Below, one piece after another: positions 12,001 through 16,263 of a DNA stretch of 32,000 nucleotides (position 1 is its first letter; the number at the start of each line of letters is the position of its first letter). Made by a program: the position numbers and the translations under genes. Under the pieces are notes generated by a model. It was not told the DNA's origin. It did not search any database and saw only the letters and a list, made by a program, of their open reading frames with translations. Where the stretch lies: the NCBI RefSeq assembly GCF_000018465.1, contig NC_010085.1, positions 960,001-992,000 on the forward strand, in the 5' to 3' direction. Origin of the DNA: Nitrosopumilus maritimus SCM1. GTDB taxonomy: Archaea; Thermoproteota; Nitrososphaeria; Nitrososphaerales; Nitrosopumilaceae.

Positions 12001-14847
12001 TCCTGCTCTGTTAACAATCTCTTGAATCACAGATGAAAGGTTTGGTGTTCTTTGGTCAGTTCCTGCTTCACCAGTACTATCCCATTCAACAGGAGACCAT
12101 GAAACAGATGCAGAGGTCTTTATTCTATCTGAAATGTCATAATCACTGTTGGTGAATCTATCAGAGTCATCAGTGTCTTCACCAAAGATTTCAAGATTGG
12201 TGCTCTCACTGTCAGTTTCATCTACAGTAAACTGAACATATGCATTCTGAATTATTGCACCAGAAGGAATTGTAACATCATTGAATCTAATACCAACTTC
12301 TTGCTCAAGACTACCGTCTTCTGTAAGTTCCAAGTCACTACTATCAAGATACATGTTACCATCGTCACCGCCATCATCATCGTCATCATCACCACCAGAG
12401 ACTATTGCTTCTTCAGCATCATCATCATCGTGGTTTACTCTAACTTCAATTGTTGTAGTAGCATTTGGGGTTGCAGTAACGGTACTAGATACATTACCAG
12501 TGCCTTCGCCATTAACAGCAGATACTCTGAATGTATGTTCTTGTCCATTAGTTAGTCCAGTAACTGTAGCTGTGGTGTCAGTGCTTGTTCCATCAGCAAA
12601 TGTTTCCCAACCATCACCATCATCAACTTCAATGATATAATCAGTAATTGCAGAACCGCCATCAGATGGAGCAGTCCAGGATAGTGAGACTTGTTCATTT
12701 CCTGCAGTTGCAGAGAGGTTTGTTGGGGCACTAGGTGCAGTAGCTACAAATGAATAAGTAACTACAAGGAGTGGGGCTGCACTAGAATCACCATTGTGGG
12801 ATTCAGCAGTTCTTTCACCAGTACCAGTGATTATAATTGAAAGTGAGTTATCTTCTTGCCATCCTGCTCTGTTAACAATCTCTTGAATCACAGATGAAAG
12901 GTTTGGTGTTCTTTGATCAAGTCCTGCTTCTCCAACAGTATCCCATGGAACAGGAGACCATGAAACAGATGCAGAGGTCTTTGTTCTGTCAGAAATATCA
13001 TCATCACTGTTGCTAAATCTTTCAGAGTCATCAGTATCCTCACCAAAGATTTGCAAGTCAGTGTCATCATCGTCTTCCTCATCTACTGTAAACTGAACAT
13101 ATGCATTCTGGATTATTGCGCCAGAAGGAATTGCTACATCATTAAATCTAATACCGACTTCTTGTTCATCACCACTATCTTCTGTAAGTTCCAAGTCACT
13201 GCTACCACGATCAACATCGCCATCATCAACTTCTTCTTCTGCATCATCATCATTGTGGTTTACACGAACTTCAATTGTTATAGGACCAGTTGGTGTTGCA
13301 GTAGCAGTTTCAGATGTATTACCAGTACCTTCATCATTTACAGCAGATACTCTGAATGTGTGTTCTTGTTCATTAGTTAATCCAGTAACTGTAGCTGTGG
13401 TGTCAGTACTAGTGCCGTCAGCAAATGTTTCCCAACCATCACCATCATCAACTTCAACAATATAATCAGTAATTGCAGAACCGCCATCAGAAGGAGCAGT
13501 CCAGGATAGTAAGACTTGTTGATTTCCTGCAGATGCAGTTAATTCGGTTGGTTGACCAGGAACTGTCACAGAATCTTCAGGGGTTGCGTTTGCGGCACCT
13601 GAAGGATTACTGTTACCTACAGAGTTGTGGGCTAAAACTTGGAATTCATAAGTTACACCATTAATCAAACCAGTTACTGGTAAAGATGTAGTAGTTCCAT
13701 CAGGAGTATTACCAAAATCAGTCCAAGCAGGTATTCCAGATACTCTGTATTGTACTGTATAGTAATCAATTGCAGCACCGCCATCACTATTAGGAGCTGT
13801 CCAAGATACTGTAACCTGTTCATCACCTGCAGTTGCAGAGATGTTAAGTGGCTGTCCTGGAACAGATGCTGTAGGAGTGCTTTCAAACACTACCCATAAT
13901 ACATGGCCGGTAGCGTGCCCTAGTTCAGCATCTCTAGAAGTTTCTTCGGTAAGTCTAAACTCAACACCAGTACCACTAAGGTTGTTTCGTCCAACAGTGG
14001 TAGAATCAGAACCACTGTGGTTTGTTAAAGCAAGAAATACAGGATTAGAATAAGTGTTTGAAAAGCCTACACTTTTCCAGTCGCCAGCGCCAGGATCTTC
14101 GTCGACACCCGTAGTTCGAACAGATTCTATTCCATCAAATGTACCTCTATCAATTGCAAGCCAGCCCATCACATTGTCATTACCATCACCAACAGAAGAA
14201 GCAGATATTGGTGCACTTCCATGACCTTCACCAATCTCTAAAGATGCCCTTACAGTAGTTGCAGTTGGTTGGCCACTACCAGAGTGATATCTTGCAGAAA
14301 CCCAATCTTGTGCACTATCAGTGTTTGCAGTTGCAATGAAATTAGGTGCAGAACTAAATGCAGGGGAAAAAGTTATTGTTTGAAAAACACTACCAGGGCC
14401 GCCACGTGCATCATATTGAGATACGTTAAGAGTGCCTGCTTGTAATTGTGTACCATCAGGAAGTGTGTGATTACCTTTTTCAACAACAACATAACCAACA
14501 TCACCGGCAATAGAATTACCAGTGCCATCTCCTCTATACAGTTGTACATCAAAGCTGGAGGCAGACACATTTCTAACAACAGCAGTTGCCATCTCCAATG
14601 CAGCGCCACCAGTCTCAAAACCATCTGTCGGTTGCGCAATAACTACAGGATCAGTATATGTTCCCAAGACGGATACTGTGGTCCAACCGTCTGTGGAAAT
14701 TATACCAGATTCATAAGGTAAAGGAGTTTGAGCAGATGCTTCAGGTAAAGGATCAAAAATTGGTAATGTAGCAGGATGGACGAGTAGAATTACAGCTAAG
14801 GTAAAGACTAACAGTCGACTGAGGAATACATCCCTACTATGTTTCAA
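1..14847 (-). CDS. Giant secreted cell-surface protein, at least 4,949 aa within the window. The C-terminal part and the stop codon lie beyond position 1. Order: signal peptide, three N-terminal beta-sandwich-like modules, then about 40 FN3 domains interrupted by three acidic non-FN3 modules.
   Basis: Manual translation of the minus strand, with codon first bases at coordinates divisible by 3. 14847 down reads (TTG)M-KHSRDVFLSRLLVFTLAVILLVHPATLPIFDPLPEASAQTPLPYESGI. 13860 down reads PGQPLNISATAGDEQVTVSW. 13560 down reads PGQPTELTASAGNQQVLLSWTAPSDGGSAITDYIVEVDDG. Spot checks at 10080 (TPYNGGSPITHYVIQVKPAG), 7080, 3060 and 2160, and at 60 down to 1 (PTNLIPTFGSTQVSLGWTAS), are all in the same frame and FN3-like, with no stop in any segment I translated. 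It is absent from the supplied track, presumably because no stop codon falls inside the window. Only short off-frame or antisense ORFs are listed across this 14.8 kb. Confidence 0.9.
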   Translation of the reverse strand, partial: MKHSRDVFLSRLLVFTLAVILLVHPATLPIFDPLPEASAQTPLPYESGIISTDGWTTVSVLGTYTDPVVIAQPTDGFETGGAALEMATAVVRNVSASSFDVQLYRGDGTGNSIAGDVGYVVVEKGNHTLPDGTQLQAGTLNVSQYDARGGPGSVFQTITFSPAFSSAPNFIATANTDSAQDWVSARYHSGSGQPTATTVRASLEIGEGHGSAPISASSVGDGNDNVMGWLAIDRGTFDGIESVRTTGVDEDPGAGDWKSVGFSNTYSNPVFLALTNHSGSDSTTVGRNNLSGTGVEFRLTEETSRDAELGHATGHVLWVVFESTPTASVPGQPLNISATAGDEQVTVSWTAPNSDGGAAIDYYTVQYRVSGIPAWTDFGNTPDGTTTSLPVTGLINGVTYEFQVLAHNSVGNSNPSGAANATPEDSVTVPGQPTELTASAGNQQVLLSWTAPSDGGSAITDYIVEVDDGDGWETFADGTSTDTTATVTGLTNEQEHTFRVSAVNDEGTGNTSETATATPTGPITIEVRVNHNDDDAEEEVDDGDVDRGSSDLELTEDSGDEQEVGIRFNDVAIPSGAIIQNAYVQFTVDEEDDDDTDLQIFGEDTDDSERFSNSDDDISDRTKTSASVSWSPVPWDTVGEAGLDQRTPNLSSVIQEIVNRAGWQEDNSLSIIITGTGERTAESHNGDSSAAPLLVVTYSFVATAPSAPTNLSATAGNEQVSLSWTAPSDGGSAITDYIIEVDDGDGWETFADGTSTDTTATVTGLTNGQEHTFRVSAVNGEGTGNVSSTVTATPNATTTIEVRVNHDDDDAEEAIVSGGDDDDDDGGDDGNMYLDSSDLELTEDGSLEQEVGIRFNDVTIPSGAIIQNAYVQFTVDETDSESTNLEIFGEDTDDSDRFTNSDYDISDRIKTSASVSWSPVEWDSTGEAGTDQRTPNLSSVIQEIVNRAGWSSDNSLSIIITGDGERTAESHDGDSSAAPLLVVTYSFEASAPSAPTNLIATAGNTDVSLSWTAPFNGGSDITDYVVEYSSGSGWNTFADGTSTDTTATVTGLTNDQEYSFRVSAVNAEGTGPVSNIATATPIGALTITIQISQSSDDAEQIRTVDEDDDDDDGGGGGVSYSMDLDDDDLDLDEDRFVGLRFNNVGIPNGATITGAYVEFTSQDNDSGSSSVTIYGEDVDNASTFTTDSTNISSRTSTSATVSWSISDWSENEISSDTQTPSLVSIVQEIVNRGGWVSGNSLALIFEDVNSDNDRDALSYDADSSEAPRLIITYTAELGVPGAPTNLTAESGDEQVLLSWAPPASNGGSAITDYIIEYNDGNGWQTFNDGTSTDTTDVAVTGLTNGQSYDFRVSAVNTEGTGDASDIATATPAGVPDAPVIDEALGGNGQVYLTWEHPPNNGAAITDYIIEVNDGNGWEVFNDGTSTNRFVTVDNLENGETYSFRVKAVNSAGEGPFSTPVTATPSSTATAPFLHTLTPGDSEVFVDWDAPNDDGGSTISSYEIQYSTDGTFDQNTPSVTVSGNPPLTEYTVPGLTNGQTYTFRVIAINENGSSPPSNLDTATPATIPDAPVIDPAQTVTGNEFVTIAWSTPYNGGSPITHYVIQVKPAGGSWETVSSNFNDPQNILTIQNLENGVEHSFRVAAVNGVNQGPYSAIELATPGDVPAQILDLSVERGDEQVLLTWSAPNNHGFPITDYVIEVDYGDGNGFVVYNDGQSIDTTDVPVTGLENGVLHKFRVYAVNALGNATPSNEVEATPARAPDAPVITELNAGDGQIEVIWSTPDDGGESIDEYRLEWSTNDFSSILDDVTLSGNPPDTTYTVTGLTNGDTYYFRVIAINDVDESDPSDVESAIPVTVPAKPVLNTPVVGDSSLTVSWSAPNDGGSPLTGYTLSITDVTGGNTFPDVSLPANAIDYNASELTNGNTYSFTLIAINAEGSSDPSDAVTGIPIGAPGQIDDLGAESGDKQVDLTWTQPDLNGSGDITSYTIEVRDSSGTLVDTIVITGTGGNPPATSTTVTGLTNNETYSFTITATNENNLTSTPSDPVTSTPLGAPAAPGNLTPTPGDKQVDLTWTQPDLNGSGDIISYTVTVRDPSGAVVQTIVIGDDEALTTSYLVTGLTNSVNYTFEVTATNENNLTSSAATTTSTPLGAPGQIDTPTAESGDKQVDLTWTQPDLNGSGDITSYTIEVRDSSGTLVDTIVITGTGGNPPATSYTVPGLDNGETYSFTITATNENNLTSTPSDPVTSTPLGAPAAPGNLAPTPGDKQVDLTWTQPDLNNSGDITLYTITVRDPSGAVVQTIVIGDDEALATETTVTGLTNSVNYTFEVTATNENNLTSSAATTTATPRGAPEQVTGLEATPGDRQVSLEWDPADENNSGAITSYTVEVYDSSNTLVDTITVTGTGGNPPATSTTVPGLTSGETYSFTITATNGHGLTSIPSLPVTATPFGPPNPVTDLQAISGDKQVDLIWTQPVPNAGGAIETYTITVRDPSGNVVQTIVIGDDEPLATSVNIDGLNNGVEYTFEIIATNSNNLDSSAVSTTEIPFGPPGVIDTPTADAGDGEVTIDWEEPELNDSGAIETYTITVTDPSGNVVQTIIIGDDEALATSTTVTGLTNGVEYSFTITATNENNLTSTPSTPVTATPITTPNAPTNLDATALSDTEIELTWTAPPTNPQFGTLTGYQIERQAEGEADFTIIVADTQTTATTFNDLGLSSGVEYTYRVSAITTAGIGDASSPASATTFTVPAKPVLNEPVVGDSSLTVSWSKPSNGGTPITGYTLSITNLTTGIDLDDVSLSADATDYTASLLTNGNEYSFTLVAINSVGSSESSDPVTGIPLGAPAAPGNLTPTSGDKQVDLTWTQPDLNGSGDITSYTVTVRDPNGAIVDTITLTGSQGAPPATSTTVTGLTNGVNYTFEVTATNENNSTGPAATTTETPLGAPAAPGNLTPTSGDKQVDLTWTQPDLNGSGDITLYTITVRDPSGAVVQTIVIGDDEALTTSYLVTGLTNSVNYTFEVTATNENNLTSSAATTTATPRGAPLQVTGLEATPGDKQVSLEWDPADENNSGAITSYTVEVYDSSNTLVDTITVTGTGGNPPATSTTVTGLDNGETYTFEVSATNENNSTGPAATATATPYGPPAAPGNLTPTPGDKQVDLTWTQPDLNGSGDITLYTITVRDPSGAVVQTIVIGDDEALTTSYLVTGLTNSVNYTFEVTATNENNLTSSAATTTATPRGAPLQVTGLEATPGDRQASLSWNEADDNNSGDISYYTITITGSDGVPVDPVQVTAPADNTVIPGLTSGVEYEFTITATNEHGLTSTPSAPATATPFGPPNAVTGLGATPGDKQVDLEWTEPVPNAGGEIASYTITVTDPNGNVVQTITINAPADEANIDGLNNGVEYTFTITATNVNGVTGDAATITAIPATVPLPPVLDSADRGNQSVTLSWTPQFDQGSTITQYTIQYSSDNFQTTGTVVIGDDEALATSTTISGLTNGLTYQFQVIASNAFGPSDPSNIKSAKPATFPDAPTLDSADRGNQSVALSWTPGNNGGEPIDSYHVEWSEDENFASILDTATISGNPPAESYTVTGLTNGDTYYFRIISSNVIDDSAPSNVLSQTPATTPSEPLNPAAEPGPNQVEVSWTLPASDGGAEIEYYVVRYSTDGGSWTEEQTANGNTFSLVIDELTNGTPYLFEIFAHNDVGDGDISDRVTATPATAPSAPQNLVATPQTGQVLLVWEKPSSNGGATITSYTVKWTPGETFDPNNFESVTITSVDGVAPPVTTTTVTGLTNGQTYTFVVTATNSADEGPASNPATTTPANPPDAPVLVSVTSDDDQESTIVWNQPANGGSPIIDYLVEYTSTGAFNPQDTESVVITAPQNNDPITTTIDGLDNGVEYSFRVTARNLVDSGDPSNVLTGIPSTNPLPPRDLQVTDSGNAFVSLSWLTPLDDGGDDLVGYTVQYSDDNFATISTQEIIPVDGVLPTTATISGLDNGSEYKFRVIAHNEDDGDNDDTDDSSDPSNTVSATPSTVPDAPTLLEVTDHGNGFVSLSWTASVFDGGSTLNTYVVEYTDDENGVFDEPPSSVIIGDDETLDTQATVSGLDNGVEYTFRVKATNDNGSSGYSNEVTETPARAPDAPTLDSAVRGDESVTLSWTPGFDGGSDLTQYTVQYTPTGIFDPENTVSEVFDTEPLPTTVTIDSLTNGVTYTFRVFATNIEDNGPVSNTLDAKPATVPTKPLQLNAEFGNLLVILDWQLPADNGGEEIIDYIIEYRLASQIPEATWQVFDEGVGGVNTNLFVTVTGLTNGLTYEFRVSAENAVDVGPTSNVATARPATLSDAPTGLDAEAISDTEIDLEWNAPLLTGGASIDGYQIERQAEGEADFTIIVADTGSADTTYSDTGLDRGTSYTYRVAAITDAGVGDTSSTAEATTFDVPGKTEIISLTPGNAQVEVEWSEPTNGGTPITGYRIEYTTNETDANNGVFTSSVDVAASPLSATINNLNNGDTYYFRVTATNSVDFGEPSDVDSATPARAPDAPTDLVATLGDGQVTIGFTPPVEDGGSDIIDYYIEYSVDNGDNWFEFNDQTESTTPEITVTGLNNGQEYLFRAVAVNGVGPGDESVPVAETPAALSGNPTDLVATRGNTQVSLTWAAPAVTGGVPVTSYIVEYTDDANGDFGANPSSQTVTSETLPVPTNTIINGLQNGVTYTFRVIAVNTAGPSGPSNTDTAKPATVPDAPTFDDPQPSAGTVGLSWTPGNTGGEPIERYRIDYTSANSFVEGQYQSEFVTHPTTVVDIEDLENGVEYQFRISAENEVGFGDPSAPITATPVDGPSQVTGLSGQRGNGEVSLSWSEPFDGGVTIDTYVIEYSKDGFANTLTQTVTGLPPVTNAVIGNLENGVTYEFRVYAQNDIDDGPVSTTISVTPATVPTPPTNLIPTFGSTQVSLGWTAS
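4560..9320 (-). repeat. Block of about 16 FN3 cassettes (~300 bp each) with very high DNA identity. They are organised as two ~2.1-kb super-units (about 4560-6640 and 7210-9310).
   Basis: By manual alignment, 5105-5397 is identical to 5699-5991 (293 bp, offset 594). 5935-6047 is identical to 6235-6347 (~113 bp, offset 300). The 57-mer gtcaccgctgccgttaaggtctggttgagtccaagtgaggtctacttgtttgtcacc (encoding GDKQVDLTWTQPDLNGSGD) occurs exactly at 5341, 5935, 6235, 8308, 8602 and 8905, with a variant at 8005. 5560-5690 matches 7630-7760. 6340-6640 is clearly homologous to 9010-9310 (offset 2670). Confidence 0.9.
11023..11598 (-). repeat. Acidic non-FN3 module, copy 3 (192 aa, the most diverged)
   Basis: ALTITIQISQSSDDAEQIRTVDEDDDDDDGGGGGVSYSMDLDDDDLDLDEDRFVGLRFNNVGIPNG ... 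DADSSEAPRLIITYTA, translated from 11640 down to 11013. One 96-aa FN3 domain (11599-11886) separates it from copy 2. Confidence 0.8.
11887..12456 (-). repeat. Acidic non-FN3 module, copy 2 (190 aa)
   Basis: Starts TTIEVRVNHDDDD (12456 down) and ends SHDGDSSAAPLLVVTYSF (11887). It has the same internal motifs as copy 1 and carries a D/G-rich acidic run of its own near the N-terminal end. One 97-aa FN3 domain (12457-12747) separates it from copy 1. Confidence 0.8.
12748..13281 (-). repeat. Acidic non-FN3 module, copy 1 (178 aa), inserted between FN3 domains
   Basis: Translated fully: ITIEVRVNHNDDDAEEEVDDGDVDRGSSDLELTEDSGDEQEVGIRFNDVAIPSGAIIQNAYVQFTVDEEDDDDTDLQIFGEDTDDSERFSNSDDDISDRTKTSASVSWSPVPWDTVGEAGLDQRTPNLSSVIQEIVNRAGWQEDNSLSIIITGTGERTAESHNGDSSAAPLLVVTYSF. 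Confidence 0.85.
13861..14730 (-). other. Non-FN3 N-terminal head of the giant protein: three tandem modules of about 70-105 aa, tentatively H-type-lectin-like beta sandwiches
   Basis: Three segments share one pattern: W/F-x-S/T-V/I-x-F/V ... Y/F-S/T-x-P-V/N-V/F-I/L-A ... R ... F/V-D/E/R-V/F-x-L ... V-x-Y/W-V/L-V/A-x-E/D-x-G. The segments begin WTTVSVLGTYTDPVVIAQ..VVRNVSASSFDVQLY..VGYVVVEKG, then FQTITFSPAFSSAPNFIATA..VMGWLAIDRG, then WKSVGFSNTYSNPVFLALT..GVEFRLTEE..HVLWVVFES. The family name is a recollection, not a search result. Confidence 0.4.
14731..14847 (-). other. N-terminal secretion signal of the giant protein (aa 1-39)
   Basis: Charged n-region KHSRD, hydrophobic core VFLSRLLVFTLAVILLV, then PLPEASA-Q, which resembles an A-x-A cleavage site. 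Confidence 0.6.
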
Positions 14848-14870
14848 GCACTTTTTGAGTCTCTTTTTGC

Positions 14871-14878
14871 TATTTAAA
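14871..14878 (-). promoter_or_regulatory. Archaeal TATA box (TTTAAATA) for the giant gene
   Basis: The minus strand reads ctcTCTTTAAATAGCaaaaagagactcaaaaagtgcTTG. The box centre is about 27 nt upstream of the TTG at 14847, which implies a leaderless or near-leaderless transcript. Confidence 0.55.
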
Positions 14879-15039
14879 GAGAGACCGATTTTCCTAATTA
14901 TGGGATTTTCTAGATTTCACCAGCTATGGTTGAAATCTTTTACAAACCAGTCAATAAATCCCAAATTTGGGAAAATTACGCCTGTTAGGAACATCCTAAG
15001 TTCATAAAATGAAGATCAACCCAATTTCTTAATTTTTAT

Positions 15040-15057
15040 GTCCAAAACAACTCAAAA
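15040..15057 (-). terminator. Weak oligo-T termination signal after the 389-aa gene
   Basis: The minus strand directly after the stop reads TGA-TTTT-GAGTTG-TTTT-GG. There are only T4 tracts, so support is weak. Confidence 0.3.
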
Positions 15058-16227
15058 TCAGATTGGGGCCAAGTTTCCGCGTACTTTGTCGCGTTTTACA
15101 AAAGCATCCTCAATTGTCTTAGCAGTTGGCTCTACAAGCCAAGTATCTTGTTCACTTTCTATTAACAATGCAACATGATTGATTTTTTGAGGAGTTGATG
15201 GGTTGTCTGAATCAAAGTAGATGAATCTTAGTTCCCAAGTTTTTCCAATATCAGAGGACTTTATCATATCTGCCATCAAAATGGCCAAATCTTCATTGTC
15301 ACCTTCACCCTTTGAGAAGGTATCAAGTGGGTGTTTGGGATCAGGTTGCATTTCATAAGATGTTAGTTCAAACTGAGACACAATCCACCACACTTCAAAG
15401 ATGAATTCACCAGGAGTAGTTACAGTATTGTATAACTCATTCATAGGTTTAGGCATTTGGCCTGTAACAAATTTAGATAAATCACGTATTTCGACAGTCT
15501 CTGCTGTACCTCCTTGACCTACACCAGCAAGAGTTATTGAAAGTGTGTCTTGAGGGGCAGGAAGTCGAACAACTTCATCTATGAAATCATCTGAAAGTTT
15601 TGAAAAAGTGTACGAGTTACCTCTAGAATCGGTAAAGTCCCAACTAATTGTTCCTTCATCCATCGCAACCTCAGGTACTTTGGAAGTTTCAACAAGAATT
15701 TCTCTTTCAAATCCAGTCAAGGATGCAAATATGGAATCTTCATCGGGGTCATCTTGTGCTTCTTCTAATTCCCGTATCTTTGCTTCTAGTGCAGCAATAC
15801 TGTCTTCTTGTTCAGGAGTAGGTTGTACAGTGGCGGCAGGTTGTGATTTGAATTCTTCAATTTGTGCTTCGAGTTTCGTTATTTCTTGCTGTAATAGTTC
15901 TGTTTTTTCGTCAGATGAAGATCGAATATCTTCAATCACAGACACTTGGTTCTCAAGGGCACTAATCTTTTCAGCAAGGTCAGCTCTTTGTTGTTCTGCT
16001 TGGATAATTTGCTCTGCTGTTTGCTCCACACGATCTTTTAGTTCTTCATTTTCTTGTAAAACCGCAGTACTCTTTTCTAAAACAATCTCAGATACGTCAC
16101 CTCCAAGTGGAACTACAGAATATGTTGGTAGAAATTTAGTTTCAATTGATTCATCATTAAGATAACTTACTGATATAACACCAATTACAATAGGTACTAT
16201 TGCCAAAAGTAAGATCTTGCTGCTCAT
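15058..16227 (-). CDS. Type II membrane-anchored protein: N-terminal TM helix, coiled-coil stalk, and a C-terminal transglutaminase/BTLCP-like fold with catalytic Cys replaced by Asn
   Basis: ATG ORF in the track. TM helix is ILLLAIVPIVIGVISVSYL, preceded by MSSK. Heptad-rich, E/Q/L-rich region spans aa ~55-160. The C-terminus reads KHPLDTFSKGEGDNEDLAILMADMIKS...LRFIYFDSD...INHVALLIESEQDTWLVEPT. This matches the papain-like transglutaminase/BTLCP core pattern G-D-C-E-D-x-A ... H-x-V-L ... L-D-N, with N311 at the Cys position, H351, and E366 at the Asp position. Confidence 0.85.
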   Translation of the reverse strand: MSSKILLLAIVPIVIGVISVSYLNDESIETKFLPTYSVVPLGGDVSEIVLEKSTAVLQENEELKDRVEQTAEQIIQAEQQRADLAEKISALENQVSVIEDIRSSSDEKTELLQQEITKLEAQIEEFKSQPAATVQPTPEQEDSIAALEAKIRELEEAQDDPDEDSIFASLTGFEREILVETSKVPEVAMDEGTISWDFTDSRGNSYTFSKLSDDFIDEVVRLPAPQDTLSITLAGVGQGGTAETVEIRDLSKFVTGQMPKPMNELYNTVTTPGEFIFEVWWIVSQFELTSYEMQPDPKHPLDTFSKGEGDNEDLAILMADMIKSSDIGKTWELRFIYFDSDNPSTPQKINHVALLIESEQDTWLVEPTAKTIEDAFVKRDKVRGNLAPI

Positions 16228-16263
16228 TTAGTTCAATTTCTCATTAAACGCTAATAACAATAA

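Noticed and set aside
14599-14604. Di-alanine (GGAALE, aa 82-83 of the giant protein; also SSAAPLL in the acidic modules) as a LapG-type cleavage site
   Set aside because: Ala-Ala is too common to carry information. The context does not match the T/P-A-A-G motif, it appears to lie inside a folded module, and the neighbouring BTLCP-like protein lacks the catalytic Cys. It is not evidence.
12888-14639. Three minus-strand ORFs (12888-13082, 13674-13886, 14373-14639)
   Set aside because: They are in other frames than the giant ORF (whose codons start at coordinates divisible by 3). They have implausible L/M/H-rich sequences and are fully contained in the giant gene.
1622-14721. About 40 plus-strand ORFs of 60-119 aa listed in the track across the left half of the window
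   Set aside because: All are antisense to the continuous FN3 reading frame. Their Ser/Val/Cys-rich low-complexity translations and their repetition (for example 11420-11779 and 12281-12640) simply mirror the repeats of the giant gene on the other strand.
1-14847. Visibly higher GC in the giant gene than in the flanking genes as a sign of horizontal transfer
   Set aside because: I did not compute GC. The apparent shift is what a Gly/Thr/Pro/Ala/Asp-rich protein would produce (GGN, ACN, CCN, GCN codons). Third positions still look A/T-biased like the rest of the window, so it is not usable as HGT evidence without proper codon statistics.
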